DNA from: Octopus vulgaris
Lineage: Eukaryota
Reading direction: 5' to 3'
NCBI GenBank assembly: GCA_951406725.2
Contig: OX597821.1
Span: 48,174,001 to 48,238,000 of the forward strand
DNA length: 64,000 nucleotides
The position numbers and the translations under genes are program-made. The notes under the pieces were generated by a model. It was not told where the DNA came from. It did not search any database and saw nothing but the letters and a program-made list of their open reading frames with translations. Below, one piece after another: positions 12,925 to 26,019 of the stretch. Within the stretch, counting starts at the first letter, position 1; each line of letters opens with the position of its first letter.

Positions 12925-13298
12925 TTGTTTGTTTGTTGAGTGAAGCGGTCTTCGTCCCAGAGTGTAGTGGGAGAAGTCCGAAACGTGGTCCTTTGCTATT
13001 CATAAGACCTGCAGAAGAGAAAGCAGGTCAACCCCTGACACCAAGAGCATCGACAGATGGATGAATGCGCATCCAGGCTCAGTGGTTGCGTAGGAAGTCA
13101 GGAACAAGAAACAGGTAGAAAGAGTGAGAGAATGTTGGAGCAAAAGAGTACAACAGGGGTCGCCACCACCCCCTGCCTGAGACTCATGGAGCTTTAGGTG
13201 TTTTCACTCAATAAATACACACAATGCCCGGTATGGGAATCGAAACCGCGTTTCTCCAACCACGAGTCCGCTGCCCTAACCACTGGGCCATTGCACCT
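12925..13298 (-). mobile_element. tRNA-derived SINE (family C)
   Basis: Minus head TGGCCCAGTGG ... GGTTTCGATTCCC; 5' half shared with 26900-27228. Confidence 0.8.
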
Positions 13299-15885
13299 AC
13301 TACTGTTACTGATGATAATGCAAGAAAACAGGATATCTGAGATTTACTTTGTACTTGACATTATAAAATTATCATTCAATTCTAGACTGAGAACTTTGAT
13401 GTTGTGTTCTGAGAGTAAGGTAGCTTCTGTAACAGAATCAGCCATTGCAAAGATGTCACTACCACATTAATGATGAGGAAGTTTGACTGTCAGGATTGTC
13501 TGAGGAACTTACTGTTACCCCAAACAGAGCACATCATGGTACATCACACTTCGGAGTTTCCTTAAAATATTTTATATTGAAGATAAGTGTCTTTAGTAAA
13601 TGTTGGTGCCAGTTATGAAAAGGACCCCATGTTTTTGGTGTCAATTGTTGCTGCATCCACACACACACATACACACACACAGCATACTCATCTAACTCAT
13701 GTTAACATGGGAAAAACAAATTAGCTCATGGTATCTACCAATAAAATTCACTCACAAAACATTTGTTGTCCTGAAGACCTTTACACAGATTGTCACACAT
13801 TGGAACTGAACTCAAAACTATGCATTTATGAAGCAAAGTTCTTAACCACACAGCTATACCTAAAATCTTATATACTCATGTATAAACACTCAGAATTTTC
13901 CGTTTCCCGAACTGAAAGTGAAATGTTGAACATCACATAGCTTTAGATTTAATAGAAATTGTTATCACTTAACCGGTTTCAGTTATGAGACTGATGGCAT
14001 AGTGCACCACTTTCAAGGGACTGCTTCTGTCAACTCCAATAGTTTGTTTGGTATTTAGCTTTTTGACTTCAGAGGAGGAGGAGAAAAGGTAAAACAAGAT
14101 GGGTATAAAGGCATGTAACCAAAATGGATATAGATGTGTGTGTGTGTTACTTGATATGTGATACACATTGTTATCTAACTTAATATATGATATATATGTG
14201 AAGGTTAAAGCAGAGACCTGTAGGGTGTACATGTGGGCAGATTATGTAATAGATGACTAGAGTAAAGACTAACAGAATATACATCAAGACCTATTATATA
14301 ATAGCTGACTAAATTAGGAGCTAGCAAGGAGAAACATTATATAATAGGTAGTTGAAAGAGGATTAGCACTGGATACACATGGACAAACGGAATGAGTAAT
14401 AGAGGGGCTGATATAGAGGTGAACAGGGTCTGAATGAAGGAATTTTATATAAAAGAGGACTATAGTAGGGGTACCAAAGGATACATGAGGACAAATTTTA
14501 TTTTAATAGTTGACTAGGTGCTAGTAGGGTATACATATAAACTGAATATGTAAACTGGAAGCTGAATTAAGGGTTAGTAAGGTGTACTGTCGACAGTGTT
14601 ACTGAAGGAGGTAGTATGTGGTTATTCACTCTGCTAAAAACAGCAGTCTAATCTACCTCAAATCATACCTGAGTATCTTAAAAGAAGGTAAGTGACATTA
14701 GATTATAGTTCTGAATGCACATTATTGGTAAACAGTTAGGATGGTCATGGTCGGTATACTTTAGTTCATTGATCAATATGATGAAGCTAGACTGTGACTA
14801 CACAACAACAGAAAGTAGTCTGAGAGTGAGAAAGATGGTAGCTTATTGTGTGTAAAACAGTTGTTTCTCATAATTGTTGAAGAAATGAAGAGCCAAGGCA
14901 AATGATAGATTGGTAAATAGTCTGTAAGACTGCATTCGTGCCTGTGTGCAATGTTGTAACTACAATAAGGGTATTATTGATACAGGGGACATGAGGAACC
15001 AATACAAGATGGTTTTATAAATCTCTCAAAACAGTTTCAAGTCTTAAACTCATGCAAGATTATATATATGCCATCAGTCTAATTTTTTGGGACGTATCAT
15101 TTATTAGATGCTCACTGGACTGAAAGAATACTTCAGAAGAATTTCCAGTTTGTTGGTTTTGACAAAACCATAAATCCACCCAGACAAAATTCATCCTGTT
15201 CCTTAGTAACACTTCAACAAGTAAATAAATTTAATAACAAACCCCAAATTAAAACGTCATCTATAATGATTTATGGACCAGCTACAGCAGTCAAGAAAAT
15301 TTTGACAATTATGTATATTGCCTTGTAAAAGACAAGCCAGGAATTCTTGTGATATCTATGTGATAGATTTAGAACGAGAAGTCATTTATAACATAAATAA
15401 TTATAGTATCTATAATGGAATGGTAAAAGTAGATACAATGGAGCATGGAACAAACAAGAACCATTAATGCACTATATAGTATGACTATGTTATATGTGTG
15501 TACATACATGCACACATACTTGCAGAAACACAAACACATACAATGTACAAACAGATATGTGCATATATATATATATACTACTCTACTGTTCAGTGCCCCT
15601 CTTTTGGATTTATGATTTACTGAAGATATACATATATACACACACACACACACACATACATATATATATATGTATGTATATTTTTTCAATGTGTACAAAT
15701 ATCAAGGAAAAAATAAATAGTTACCAGGGTAACAAAAATTCACATAAGTGCCGAAGATATTACAGCCTACATATAAAGGCAGAAATTCCAGGGTTAAGAA
15801 TAAAATGGATAAATTAAGAAACAGAGTCAAATCATTTATATTGTCAATGGTTTGAATAACATGAGTTTGACTCCATTTCTTAAAT

Positions 15886-16058
15886 TATTATTATTATTAT
15901 TATTATTATTCAAGGTCACTGCCTGGAATCGAACTCAGAATCTTAGGTTTAATAGCCTGCACTCTTAACCAGTATGCCATATGCCCGTGGGCATATCGAA
16001 TACTGATTAAGAGTGCATCTACTTACCCAAAGATTCTGAGTTCGATTCCATACAGTGA

Positions 16059-16112
<54 letters not shown>
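15886..16112. mobile_element. Head-to-head palindrome of two tRNA-derived units with (TAA)n tails
   Basis: Centre ATATGCCC-GT-GGGCATAT at 15987; each arm has A-box-like TGGCATACTGG and B box GAGTTCGATTCC, ending CAGTGACC(T)TGAA(TAA)n. Confidence 0.85.
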
Positions 16113-16115
<3 letters not shown>

Positions 16116-16569
16116 TATGCCGATACACACAGATAGAGAAATTAAGGCCAACAGACCAGATATAGTTGTCAGAGATCATGAAGAAAAAAATGCTTTTTAA
16201 TTGATGTATCAATACCGGCAGATGACAACGTGTCTCTAAAAGAAATGGAGAAACTCTCAAAATACAAAGACCTGGAAATAGAGGTAACTAGAATGTGGAA
16301 TCTGAAAACAGAAACAATTCCTATCATAGTAGGTGCATTAGGCATGATAAAAAAATATTCAGACAAATACATAACAAAAACACCAGGACTTACAAACACA
16401 TATAACATACAGAAAATTGCACTACTAGGCACTGCCCACATCCTACGCAGAACACTTTCCATACAATAACCATCAGAGCATCACAACAAATCACAGCACA
16501 TACCCAAGGCACACAGAGCTGCGCTCGGTAGTGAAGTGAAAGCACGCTATAAAAATAAAAATAAAACTA

Positions 16570-16573
<4 letters not shown>
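16113..16573 (+). mobile_element. Dong/R4-clade non-LTR retrotransposon, 5'-truncated (RLE domain and 3' UTR)
   Basis: PIHTDREIKANRPDIVV...IDVSIP...KEMEKLSKYKDL...IPIIVGALG; embedded in (TAA)n, the known Dong target. Confidence 0.9.
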
Positions 16574-16661
<88 letters not shown>

Positions 16662-16680
16662 CAACAATAATAATAATAAT

Positions 16681-17235
16681 ACTGCATGCCTTGATGCAGT
16701 ATCAGACAGTGACTCTCATAGCTTCTTATCTTAACTGATTGGAAGTGTTATCATGTACATTGTTTTGTCTTGGTATAAAAGATGGGCTACAGCAAATATT
16801 CTGCTCAATATCACAGATTTGCTTGTCAGTTGTTTGACCTTAACCAGTTGAGCATGTCCCTTAGTGGCTGATGATATGTGCATCTCTGATCACAAGCAGA
16901 AGTAGTGGGGGAGCATCATAGCCGTGTGTTGAAAGGAATTCTTGGAGGTTTGAATAATTCACCTTTGGAAACATGGGTGGTTCGTTCCTTAAACAATCCT
17001 TATTCAGGGACCTTTTGAGCAGGATGGGCTACTCGACCAGAAGAAAATTCTAACTGGGCCCCACCTGCAAGGTCATGCGCTATTTATCTTGATGTGAGAT
17101 TGCCATGTCGTGCACACATGGTTGTGATGCATGTGCCTGGTGTACCCTTATCAGATGGGTAGTCACAATGGGTATACTAGGCTTCATATATTTTACCCCA
17201 ATGTCACTTTGATGGCATGTACTGCTCTATCACTC
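16681..17235. mobile_element. Unclassified non-coding interspersed element bounded by (TAA)n
   Basis: ~555-bp GC-richer block with sharp TAA-repeat boundaries on both sides and no credible ORF. Confidence 0.5.
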
Positions 17236-17277
<42 letters not shown>

Positions 17278-17352
17278 CATAGTAATAATAATAACAACAA
17301 CAACATTGAAAAATACCTTAGGAATGAGAACCTAGGTTCGTAATTTCCCCAA

Positions 17353-17398
17353 GACACCTGATGAAGGCTGGAGGGTATATCAGCCAAAACATTGTGTT
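17353..17398 (+). ncRNA. Decayed minimal hammerhead ribozyme in a Penelope-type terminal fragment (~17300-17487)
   Basis: GACAC-CUGAUGA-A-GGCUG(10 nt)CAGCC-aAAA-Ca-UU-GUGUU; two G>A changes at CpG relative to GAAACGUU. Confidence 0.7.
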
Positions 17399-17559
17399 AA
17401 CAACAAACAAGATGAGGATAATTATCCATCAAATGTAAAATAATGTAAATAATGTACATAATTCCTCATGTCTTAAATATAGAACTATATTGAGTTGTAG
17501 TCTATAATGACTGAAAGAAGTAAAAGATAAATGATATGCACACATGCATACACTTACAT

Positions 17560-17707
17560 AAGAGGATGTGTGGTTAAGAAACTGGTTTTGCAACCATCTG
17601 ATCTTAGGTCAAGTCTCTTCCACAATAGCACTGGGCTGATTAAGGCCATGTGAATGGATTTCATAAATAAAAATTTAAAGAAATCTGTTGTGTGTGTGTG
17701 AGCGAGA

Positions 17708-17748
<41 letters not shown>

Positions 17749-18060
17749 TGTGTGTGTGTGTGTGTGTGTGTTTGTATACTTTTATGCATGTTTGTGGGTA
17801 CCCTTGTCTTAACATCATGTAATGATTGTAAACTTGTATCGCCCTCATGCAAAATATGTTGCTCATTCACAATATTCCATGAAAAACATTCCTGGTTTTG
17901 GAGACATATAATACCTTTCTTGGACGCAGGTAAAGACTGGCAACAGGAAAGACATCTGGATGTATAAAATTTGCTGTAGCAACTACTTTCTTCTGACTCA
18001 TGCAAACATTGAAAAGTAGACATTAGACATTACATGATACTGCTGCTGATGATGATGATA
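17560..18060 (+). mobile_element. Old SINE with family-A-like head and RTE-like (GAT)n tail
   Basis: GTGTGGTTAAGAA head, GTGAATGGATTT, central microsatellite, CAGGAAAGACATCTGG...GATGATGAT tail. Confidence 0.5.
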
Positions 18061-18191
18061 TTCAATTGGTGTTTAAGTTCTATAAAATATATCTACTACA
18101 TTTAAGAGGTCAATTGATAACATATCAATAGCCTCCAATATTTTATTACAGTGCAATAATCATTAGTGCAATGAATTTGCATATATATATC

Positions 18192-18249
<58 letters not shown>

Positions 18250-18262
18250 TATAATATATATT

Positions 18263-18353
18263 GGCCTGGTGCAGCCTTCGGGCTCCCCAGACTCCAGTTG
18301 AACTGTCCAACCCATGCTAGCATGGAAAGCGGACGTTAAATGATGATGATGAT
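18263..18353 (+). mobile_element. RTE LINE extreme 3' end
   Basis: GCCTGGTGCAGCC...CCATGCTAGCATGGAAAGCGGACGTTAAA(TGA)n. Confidence 0.8.
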
Positions 18354-18656
18354 ATATGGGTGACCAGATATAGATTGATTTTCGTTATTTTTCCTCTCTG
18401 CCTGCGTGGATTGTTTTCAAGCATTTTGGTTTTTCTGGGAGTCCCTTTTTAAAGTAGAAGAAATAGCTAAGGTTTTTTGGCTGCTATTTCTAAACTTCAG
18501 TATGTGGTAAAGCAAATCTTTGCTGAACCCTAATTATAAAGTATTACTTAAGTTTACCGTGAAATGGTCCATTTTCTTGCCGAATTCTACTTGGTGAAAT
18601 TATTGATTACTTCTTAATTAATTAATTTTACCCTTTGTTATCATTATATATATGTA

Positions 18657-18742
<86 letters not shown>

Positions 18743-20877
18743 TGTATGTATGTATAAGTGTGTATAGGCTAAAACAAATGCCAAGAGCAACATATGTAGT
18801 ATAGTGAAAAAGTCATCATTTCATTCTAAACTGTAGACCTGCTTCTTAAAAGGTAAAAATACATACACTATCTTTCATATATTTAATTTTTAAATAATAA
18901 TACATAATTTATTTAAATTTGATGGATACATCGTTTCTTCAGTTGATTAAAATTTTATTTTAAGTTGAAATGATTTAGCCATCAGCCATCCTAGTTGACT
19001 AAACAGAGAGATAGATAGCTAGATATAATTGTTTGTGTATATGTAAATATGCTTGTATCTACACAATAACACTTAGAAATGTTGTATTTGAGCAGTTAAA
19101 GATATATAATCCTTAGAAAACTACAGAAATATAACAAATATGAGATCATTATTCGAAGTTAGTTAGATCTCATTAGCTTCATTAACACAAGAATCATGCA
19201 GATTCTGAGTCTCTCATAACAGTTATAACTCTAGCATTGTTTTAGAGCAAGGATTGAAATCATTATCTTATAACATTCATCTTCCTTGAGAATTATATGT
19301 TTTGGATAGAGTGTATAACAGTTATTATGATTTAATGTGTTTTACAATATTTTTCTCAAATACACATTGTCAAATATAAACTGCCAGATGATTTATAGTT
19401 TACAGTGACCGATATATAATCATTATAACTGAGAAGTATTTCAGATTAGTTAACTAGTCAAAGTCACACAGTTCATACAGACTATTCTTGGCAGCAAATA
19501 TTGTTTTCTTCTAACTCACCTGAAACAATAAAATACATGACTTTATGACTTCTTCATAGATATTTCTGTCCACATTTATCTGAATGAAAACTCTCATCAT
19601 GGTTTGCCTACTGGGGAACCATAGTTGTAAAGGGGCAAAAAAAAAAAACACTACTCTTTACATCTGGGTGGTAGTTGGGGTCAGACATTAGTGTTACATC
19701 ACTAACTGACTAGTAACTATCAACCATCAAAAACACCTTCAAGCTATCCATCAGAACATAAAGGATTGTGTCATGTCTCCTGTGGATTGAAATCAACCTT
19801 AGCTCCCAAACTATGCCCAAACCATTTTTCTGGTCCCTTGCTAAGAGGATTCCCACATCTTCAGTCCTTTATTACACCTCAACTATTATTATTCTGAAAA
19901 TATCAATTCCACAGATTAAAGTACATCATTTGCTACATGAAGGTGGGGAGAGGGGCTGGGGAACAGGCCACCCTCTAGAGAATTGCTCTAGGTAACCTTT
20001 TTAATGACTAAATCTTCAATTTTGTCCCTCTCATTCAATGGTTTTTGGTATTTAACACCGTTTTTAAAGCTAAAGGGACTACAAGGACCCTTTACATGAT
20101 AACACCACCTACTTGCAAGAAAAGACGCCTTGAGCAGGGTGGAGGTGTTGAGAGGCAAGTGTTGAGGTGTCCTGCTCAAGAGGAGATACATGGCAACTTG
20201 AGCTAGGAAAGGCAAGATGGTGTTGATTGGTGATGAAGTGTCAGGACATACCCTCAACCTACATCCAGTCATCTTAGAGAAAGAAGGCTGATACATTAGA
20301 TGATGTATTCCTAGATGTATACATTATCTAAGATAATGTAATGACAGATATTAAAACAGGAAGGCTTAGTCAAGATTGGATTGCTTTAGATCATAGATCT
20401 GATTAACTTGTTCTGACCTAGGGTTAAACAACAATAGTATACAGGTTGTTTAGTTATGTATTTGTTTGTTTTTCTGTTTTTTCTTCGTCTGTGTCAGAAG
20501 ATAAAAGATGGTTTCTTGCCAGAAAATTAGAGAAAAATAATTCAATAAATAAACACACAAGTGTGAATAATAAAATTCGTTGACATCTTTATCATGGTGA
20601 GAATTGAATATTTATGGCTACAGTTCATATTGTCATATATTATATACGCATAGTAGTGTGTGCATGTGTGTTTGAGTACTGTTTATATAAGTGTTATATG
20701 TGCATGTTATATTTATACAAACATGTTTGTCTCTGGGTAGTGTATTTGTGTGTGTGTGTGTGTGTGTGTGCGTGCGTGTGTGTGTGCTTGTGTGTGTGTA
20801 TGTATGTATGTATATATATATATATATATATATGTATAAATATTTAGTGACACATTCATACAATGTAACACATGCTG

Positions 20878-20916
<39 letters not shown>

Positions 20917-20927
20917 TATGTAAAAAT

Positions 20928-20961
<34 letters not shown>

Positions 20962-21870
20962 TTGCATATTCAATTTATACATACCATCACATATTCATGC
21001 AGATACATTTAAATTTGCATTTTTAGATACACACACAAAAACATTATTTATTTATAATAATATCCTTACATAGCTTGCATGTTTCCATGTAAGTCTGTGT
21101 ATACATGCATATCTGTGTGTGTGTGTGTGTGTGTGTGTGTGAGCTGCAAATTTAAATGTACACAATAAATTTGTATATATTTGTATATGCGTGATCTCTT
21201 CTAGTATATTCAAATATATTTACTCAATTAAATATACAAACAAACTTACATACATACATACATACATACATACATGTATGTGCGTATATACACACACAGT
21301 TATGTGTTCATCATCATCATCGTCCCCGATCGTTGTCATTATTTAGTGTTAGAATTCAAAGCTGTCATGTGCAAGATGGTTTGACAGGTCAAAGAACTGT
21401 GTCATTTTAAACTGGCTAGATCCAGCCTAAATATTCTACCTGTTCTGTGTTTAAATCAGCTGGGTCTGGCCCTTCACACATACCCTACAATGTCATTCTA
21501 AAAATAAGCAATCATGTCATTGAAATCTCGAAGCTACAAGATAATGCAGAGTTAATTCAAAACTGTGAATAAATAAGCATAACATTTGACAGAAGAATCT
21601 AAATACTGAAGGGATAATGTCTGTTTTTATATGCTTTCCACAACATGTTGTCTTTTTAATACAAATCACTTTCAAGAGGGTACTAGGTGAATTTTCAACA
21701 TTCAGAAAATCAATGAACAGGTAATGTCTATGATAATTGTCATCTGATGTAAGCATTGTGAATATAAGATGGTAGAGGGGAGCTGTGTGAAGACCCATTA
21801 CTTGGACCATTTCTAATCTTGTGAGGTAGACTTAAACTGCAGCCCATTTTGACCCCATCAACTGGTCTTA

Positions 21871-24005
21871 TAATAATAATGAAATTATTGTATACAGTAC
21901 TCAGGTGCACCACAACTTGTCAAAAGTGTGTATAAAGCATATGCAGTAATGTACAAATGTCTGGAAAGTGAACAGTGTATGAGTCAGATACATGCTTGCG
22001 TGTGTATGGAGGGGAGAAAATCAGGTGTAGTGTTGGCGAATCTCAGGAAGCATGCATTGCTCCGACAACTAACAACTGATGCTGGCAGTTTCTTCCATAC
22101 TTCAGCAACTCTTAGCGTGAAAAAATGTTTCCGAAAGTCATAGGAGCTGTGCTGTTTTCTGACTTTGTAAATATGTCCATGGGTGTTAGACAGGTGGTGT
22201 TTGAAAACGTGCTCAGAGTTATTGTTTGTAAGATGGTTAATAATTTTATGGGTGTCTGCCAGACGTTGGAGTTTCAATGTATCCATACCCAGGGAAGTAA
22301 AGCGTTCAGAGTATGGCAAATGCCTGATGGAGGATATTCTCTTGGTTGCACGTTGCTGAACGGCTTCCAGACGATTAATATCCTGGGCAAGATAGGGGTT
22401 CCAGACCAGTGATGCAAATTCCAGGTAAGGTCGCACCATAGCTATATAAAGCCACAGATAGAAATAGATCACCTACAATCCAACTACAAAGAAAGAATGT
22501 TCTTTAGAGAAAATTCAGCGGACATCAGAACAATAGGCAGGCAAGACAGATGAAAATTATATAAAAAACAAGAATTAATTGCATACCAGTTTCGTCTATT
22601 AACGAATAAATTACTTACGTAATCCTTCGTCCGTATGATATTAATTAAATTAATATTCAATTTATCTCCCTCATCATTTAAAGCCACAGATAGATAGCCG
22701 GAGAGTGTCTCACAAAGGACTTGGTGAGTGATGCCAAGACACCCTCAGCCTTCTTGGCAATTTTAGCAATGTGTTTTGTCCAACGCAAATCGCTGTCAAC
22801 AATAATGCCCAGGTCACGTTCACAAAAAGACTTTTTGAGATTAGTGTTGTGGAGGGAGTAAGTAGATGCTGGGTTTTTCCTCCCAAAATGCATGGTGGTA
22901 CATTTGTCCACAGCCAGCTTGAGTTGCCAGTCCATGATCCATTTCTGCATTGCATCCAGGTCTGATTACAATAAAAATCTATAGTGGACAGGATCTGTCC
23001 TCTTTATTTCGAGGTACAGCTTGATGTCATCTGTATATTTCAGCACTGTGGCATTCTTTAAGTTGGCATCTATGTCATTAACATATGCAAGAAATAAAAG
23101 GGGGCCAAGAACAGATCCCTGTGGTACACCAGATGTCATCTCATAGGGTGAAAGTGCTGTCCTAGAACTGTGACAACCTTTTTTCGGCCGATAATGAAGC
23201 ACTTCAACCAGTTATAGAGATCATCTCTTACACCCATTGCAGAGAGTTTCACCATAAGTCTTTTGTGTGGCACAGAATTAAAAGCCTTAGCTAAGTCCAG
23301 GTAAACAACATTCCCCCAGGAGCCGCCATCAGTGATTCGGGTAATGTCCTTAAGAAACTCAATGAGTTAATTACAGCAGCTGGAGTTAGGAATAAATCCA
23401 AATTGTGACAGCTGGACGTGGCTGTGAGAATTCCAGAAGTTCCATTCCAGAGGGTTTCTCTGATACAGGATTCTATCAGTTTGGTGATGCAGCTAGTAAG
23501 ACTGATGGGACTATAGTTGACAGGCGATGTGCGGTCACCTTTTTTGAACAGAGGGATAACACTGGCAGTTTTCCACTGCTCTAGAGTAACACCATTGTCA
23601 AGACAGAATTGAAAGAATAGTGAAAGTTGGTTTAAAAGAAAGTAACCACCGCATTTGAGAAGTAGATATGTAATGCCATCGAGACCAGGAGAGGCATAGT
23701 TACGTTTATTCTTAAGGTGGCATTGTAGCATTGCTGGTGTAAATTTCATAGTAGTTATAGAGTTCAGTGTCAGAGGTGATGGAGATGGAACATTTTGATC
23801 TTCAACAGTAAAGATGCCTGCATAGCATCCAGCAATGATTTGTGCACATTCTTTGGGATTGCCAGTAATCTGCCCAGTATGGGGATTGCGAAGGGGACCA
23901 ACTGGAGAGTGAGGTCTCTACTTTGAATGTACATAATTCCTGAACACTTTGCTGTCAGGGTTGGTTGCTATGCACTGTTCGAATTCAAGCACTGCCTTTG
24001 GCTGC
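21871..24005 (-). mobile_element. CR1-like LINE, 5'-truncated, decayed RT
   Basis: SPGLDGI, WKTASVIPLFKKGD, SGVPQGSVLGPLLFL, YTDDIKLY, ERDLGIIVD, RPYLEFAS, FFTLRV..VWKKLP; (ATT)n tail. Confidence 0.9.
22463..22678. mobile_element. 216-bp insertion in the CR1-like LINE with a 16-bp TSD
   Basis: TAAAGCCACAGATAGA at 22447-22462 and 22679-22694; the LINE peptide YLWL is duplicated on either side. Confidence 0.85.
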
Positions 24006-24334
24006 CTAAATTAGAATCTATCTTGTCATAGGGCTTGAATATAATGTTTGAGCAGGGATTTCATAATACTTTTACATCACATGTTATGGAAGCCTTGCAC
24101 AAATATCATAGCCTTTTCCTCTTCTGATGTGGACCTTAAACATAATGCAGAAAACACGGCAGAAAAAAAACATATGTAAAGGTTACATCTGAGACATATT
24201 GGTGTGTTTTGTGATGGTGTGGAAGTGAGGAAGGGGATGGGTGTGGTGTGGTACTTCAATTTCATAAGAACTGACCTGGGGTGAAACAACACAAGGGAAA
24301 TAGCAATGAATGATTATACATAAAGAATTTTAAT

Positions 24335-24495
24335 CCAAAGTAATTAGTACAATTAAGGACAATTATGAATCTACATTAATTAGGTACCACAATTAGAAAC
24401 AATCATTAATCCACAGGAATTAGGTACCACAATTGGATGCAGTTATTTATCCACACAAATTAGGTACCACAATTAGTGACATTTAAGAATCCACT
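24335..24495. repeat. 40-bp degenerate minisatellite, ~4 units
   Basis: TAGGTACCACAATT at 24381, 24421, 24461, each followed by ATCCAC at a similar spacing. Confidence 0.85.
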
Positions 24496-25981
24496 GTTGT
24501 TAATTACTTAAACTAGGGACAATTGAAATCTTGTTGAACATTTTACTGATGCTTGGCTCAGCCATTTCCTTGTGTTGGGCAAATTTGCTTCAGTAATGGA
24601 AACTAAAGCAGAAATTTGAAATACAAAATGAAATTAGAAGAGGACTTAATGAGTTATTAATATTAACTATAATTGTTGTGATCGGTCTCATTAGCAGCAA
24701 TTATGCATTGTAAGGGGAATGCTAAGAAAATCAATAGCTTAATACACTAACACACCCACACACACAGACACATTGACACACACATACCAATGTGTGTAAT
24801 GAGTGTGTGTATGTGTATGTATATGTATGTACGCATGTGTGTATATTTATATCTATATATATCATACATTTTAACTCAGAAATTTCGTTTTACACACTAC
24901 AAGACTGTAAATCTAGTTAACCTAATCTCTATCATGGTCATTGTCATCAACATCATCATCACCATTGTGTGTGTGTGTGTGTGAGAGATATACATGTACA
25001 TATACTTGTTGGTGAGGAGGGTTGCTAGAAACCCAGCAGAACTAAAATCAAGACCTGTCAAAAGGCCAGATGAACCTAGTGTAGGTTCAGTGACTATCTA
25101 GCGATAGCACTGGCTCTCAGGAATTCTGGATTAGTGTCTCACATGTCGATAGACCATTGTGAAGGAGGCACCCCTTAGCTTTTGAGAAAGCATGTCCCCA
25201 GGAGAAGGTCACTCTGATATAATACTAGATATGTAGGGAATGGCACTAAACATTTTGGGGATCTTTTGCTTGCACTTGATATCATAGTGCTCCCACATTC
25301 CTGAGCATGTGACTCATGTTGGCATTGGCTATCTTGCTCTGATTTGTCTCTTGATCATGTCAGTAGGGTGGAGAGGGTGTCTGAGGTGCTGTGCAAACCT
25401 TATTGGACCTAAAAGATTAATTAAATCAGTGCTCACTTGTTTATTTGGTGACCTGATGAGTTTCAAATGATGTAACATATCACACAATCTAATTCATTGC
25501 ATTATGCTTATGTCACTATAAAGATACCTTAATTGTAGTTATACCAGATAATCCATTTGTTTGTTTTCATTTATCACTGATAATTCTGGATACTTTTGGA
25601 TACAACTAGTGAACTGCCTTTATTGATGCCTTCTGTGCTAAGATTGGATTTGATTGAATTGGATTATTTAACAATCTGTTCTACATTATTCTGTCTTGTA
25701 AATTTGTGGCATGCTTCATTTTGATATATCTTGATTCTTTATAGGAACTTTGTAATCAAAACTCTGTGTGTGTGTGTGTACATGCATGCATGTGTGTGTG
25801 CATGTATGCATGTGTAAATCCAACTTGAGTGAGTAGAACTGGTAAAATCTAGGCTACATATGTCGCAGTTTCAAAGCAAGGAAAATATTTTGACACCTAT
25901 TAAATTTAAATGTTGAAGTGAATCTAACGGTTTTTTTTTATGTGTTCATAAATGGCTTATAAACATCTTCCTTGTTGCAAT

Positions 25982-26019
<38 letters not shown>

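Noticed and set aside
15240-15275. IIDDVLIWG, resembling a Gypsy RT motif on the minus strand
   Set aside because: Bounded by stops with no other RT motifs nearby.
15910-16062. Functional tRNA genes
   Set aside because: Arms are mutated, lack a clean acceptor stem and end in repeat tails; treated as tRNA-derived elements.
24335-24495. Mini-CRISPR
   Set aside because: Repeat is only 17 bp, linkers share ATCCAC, no cas genes.
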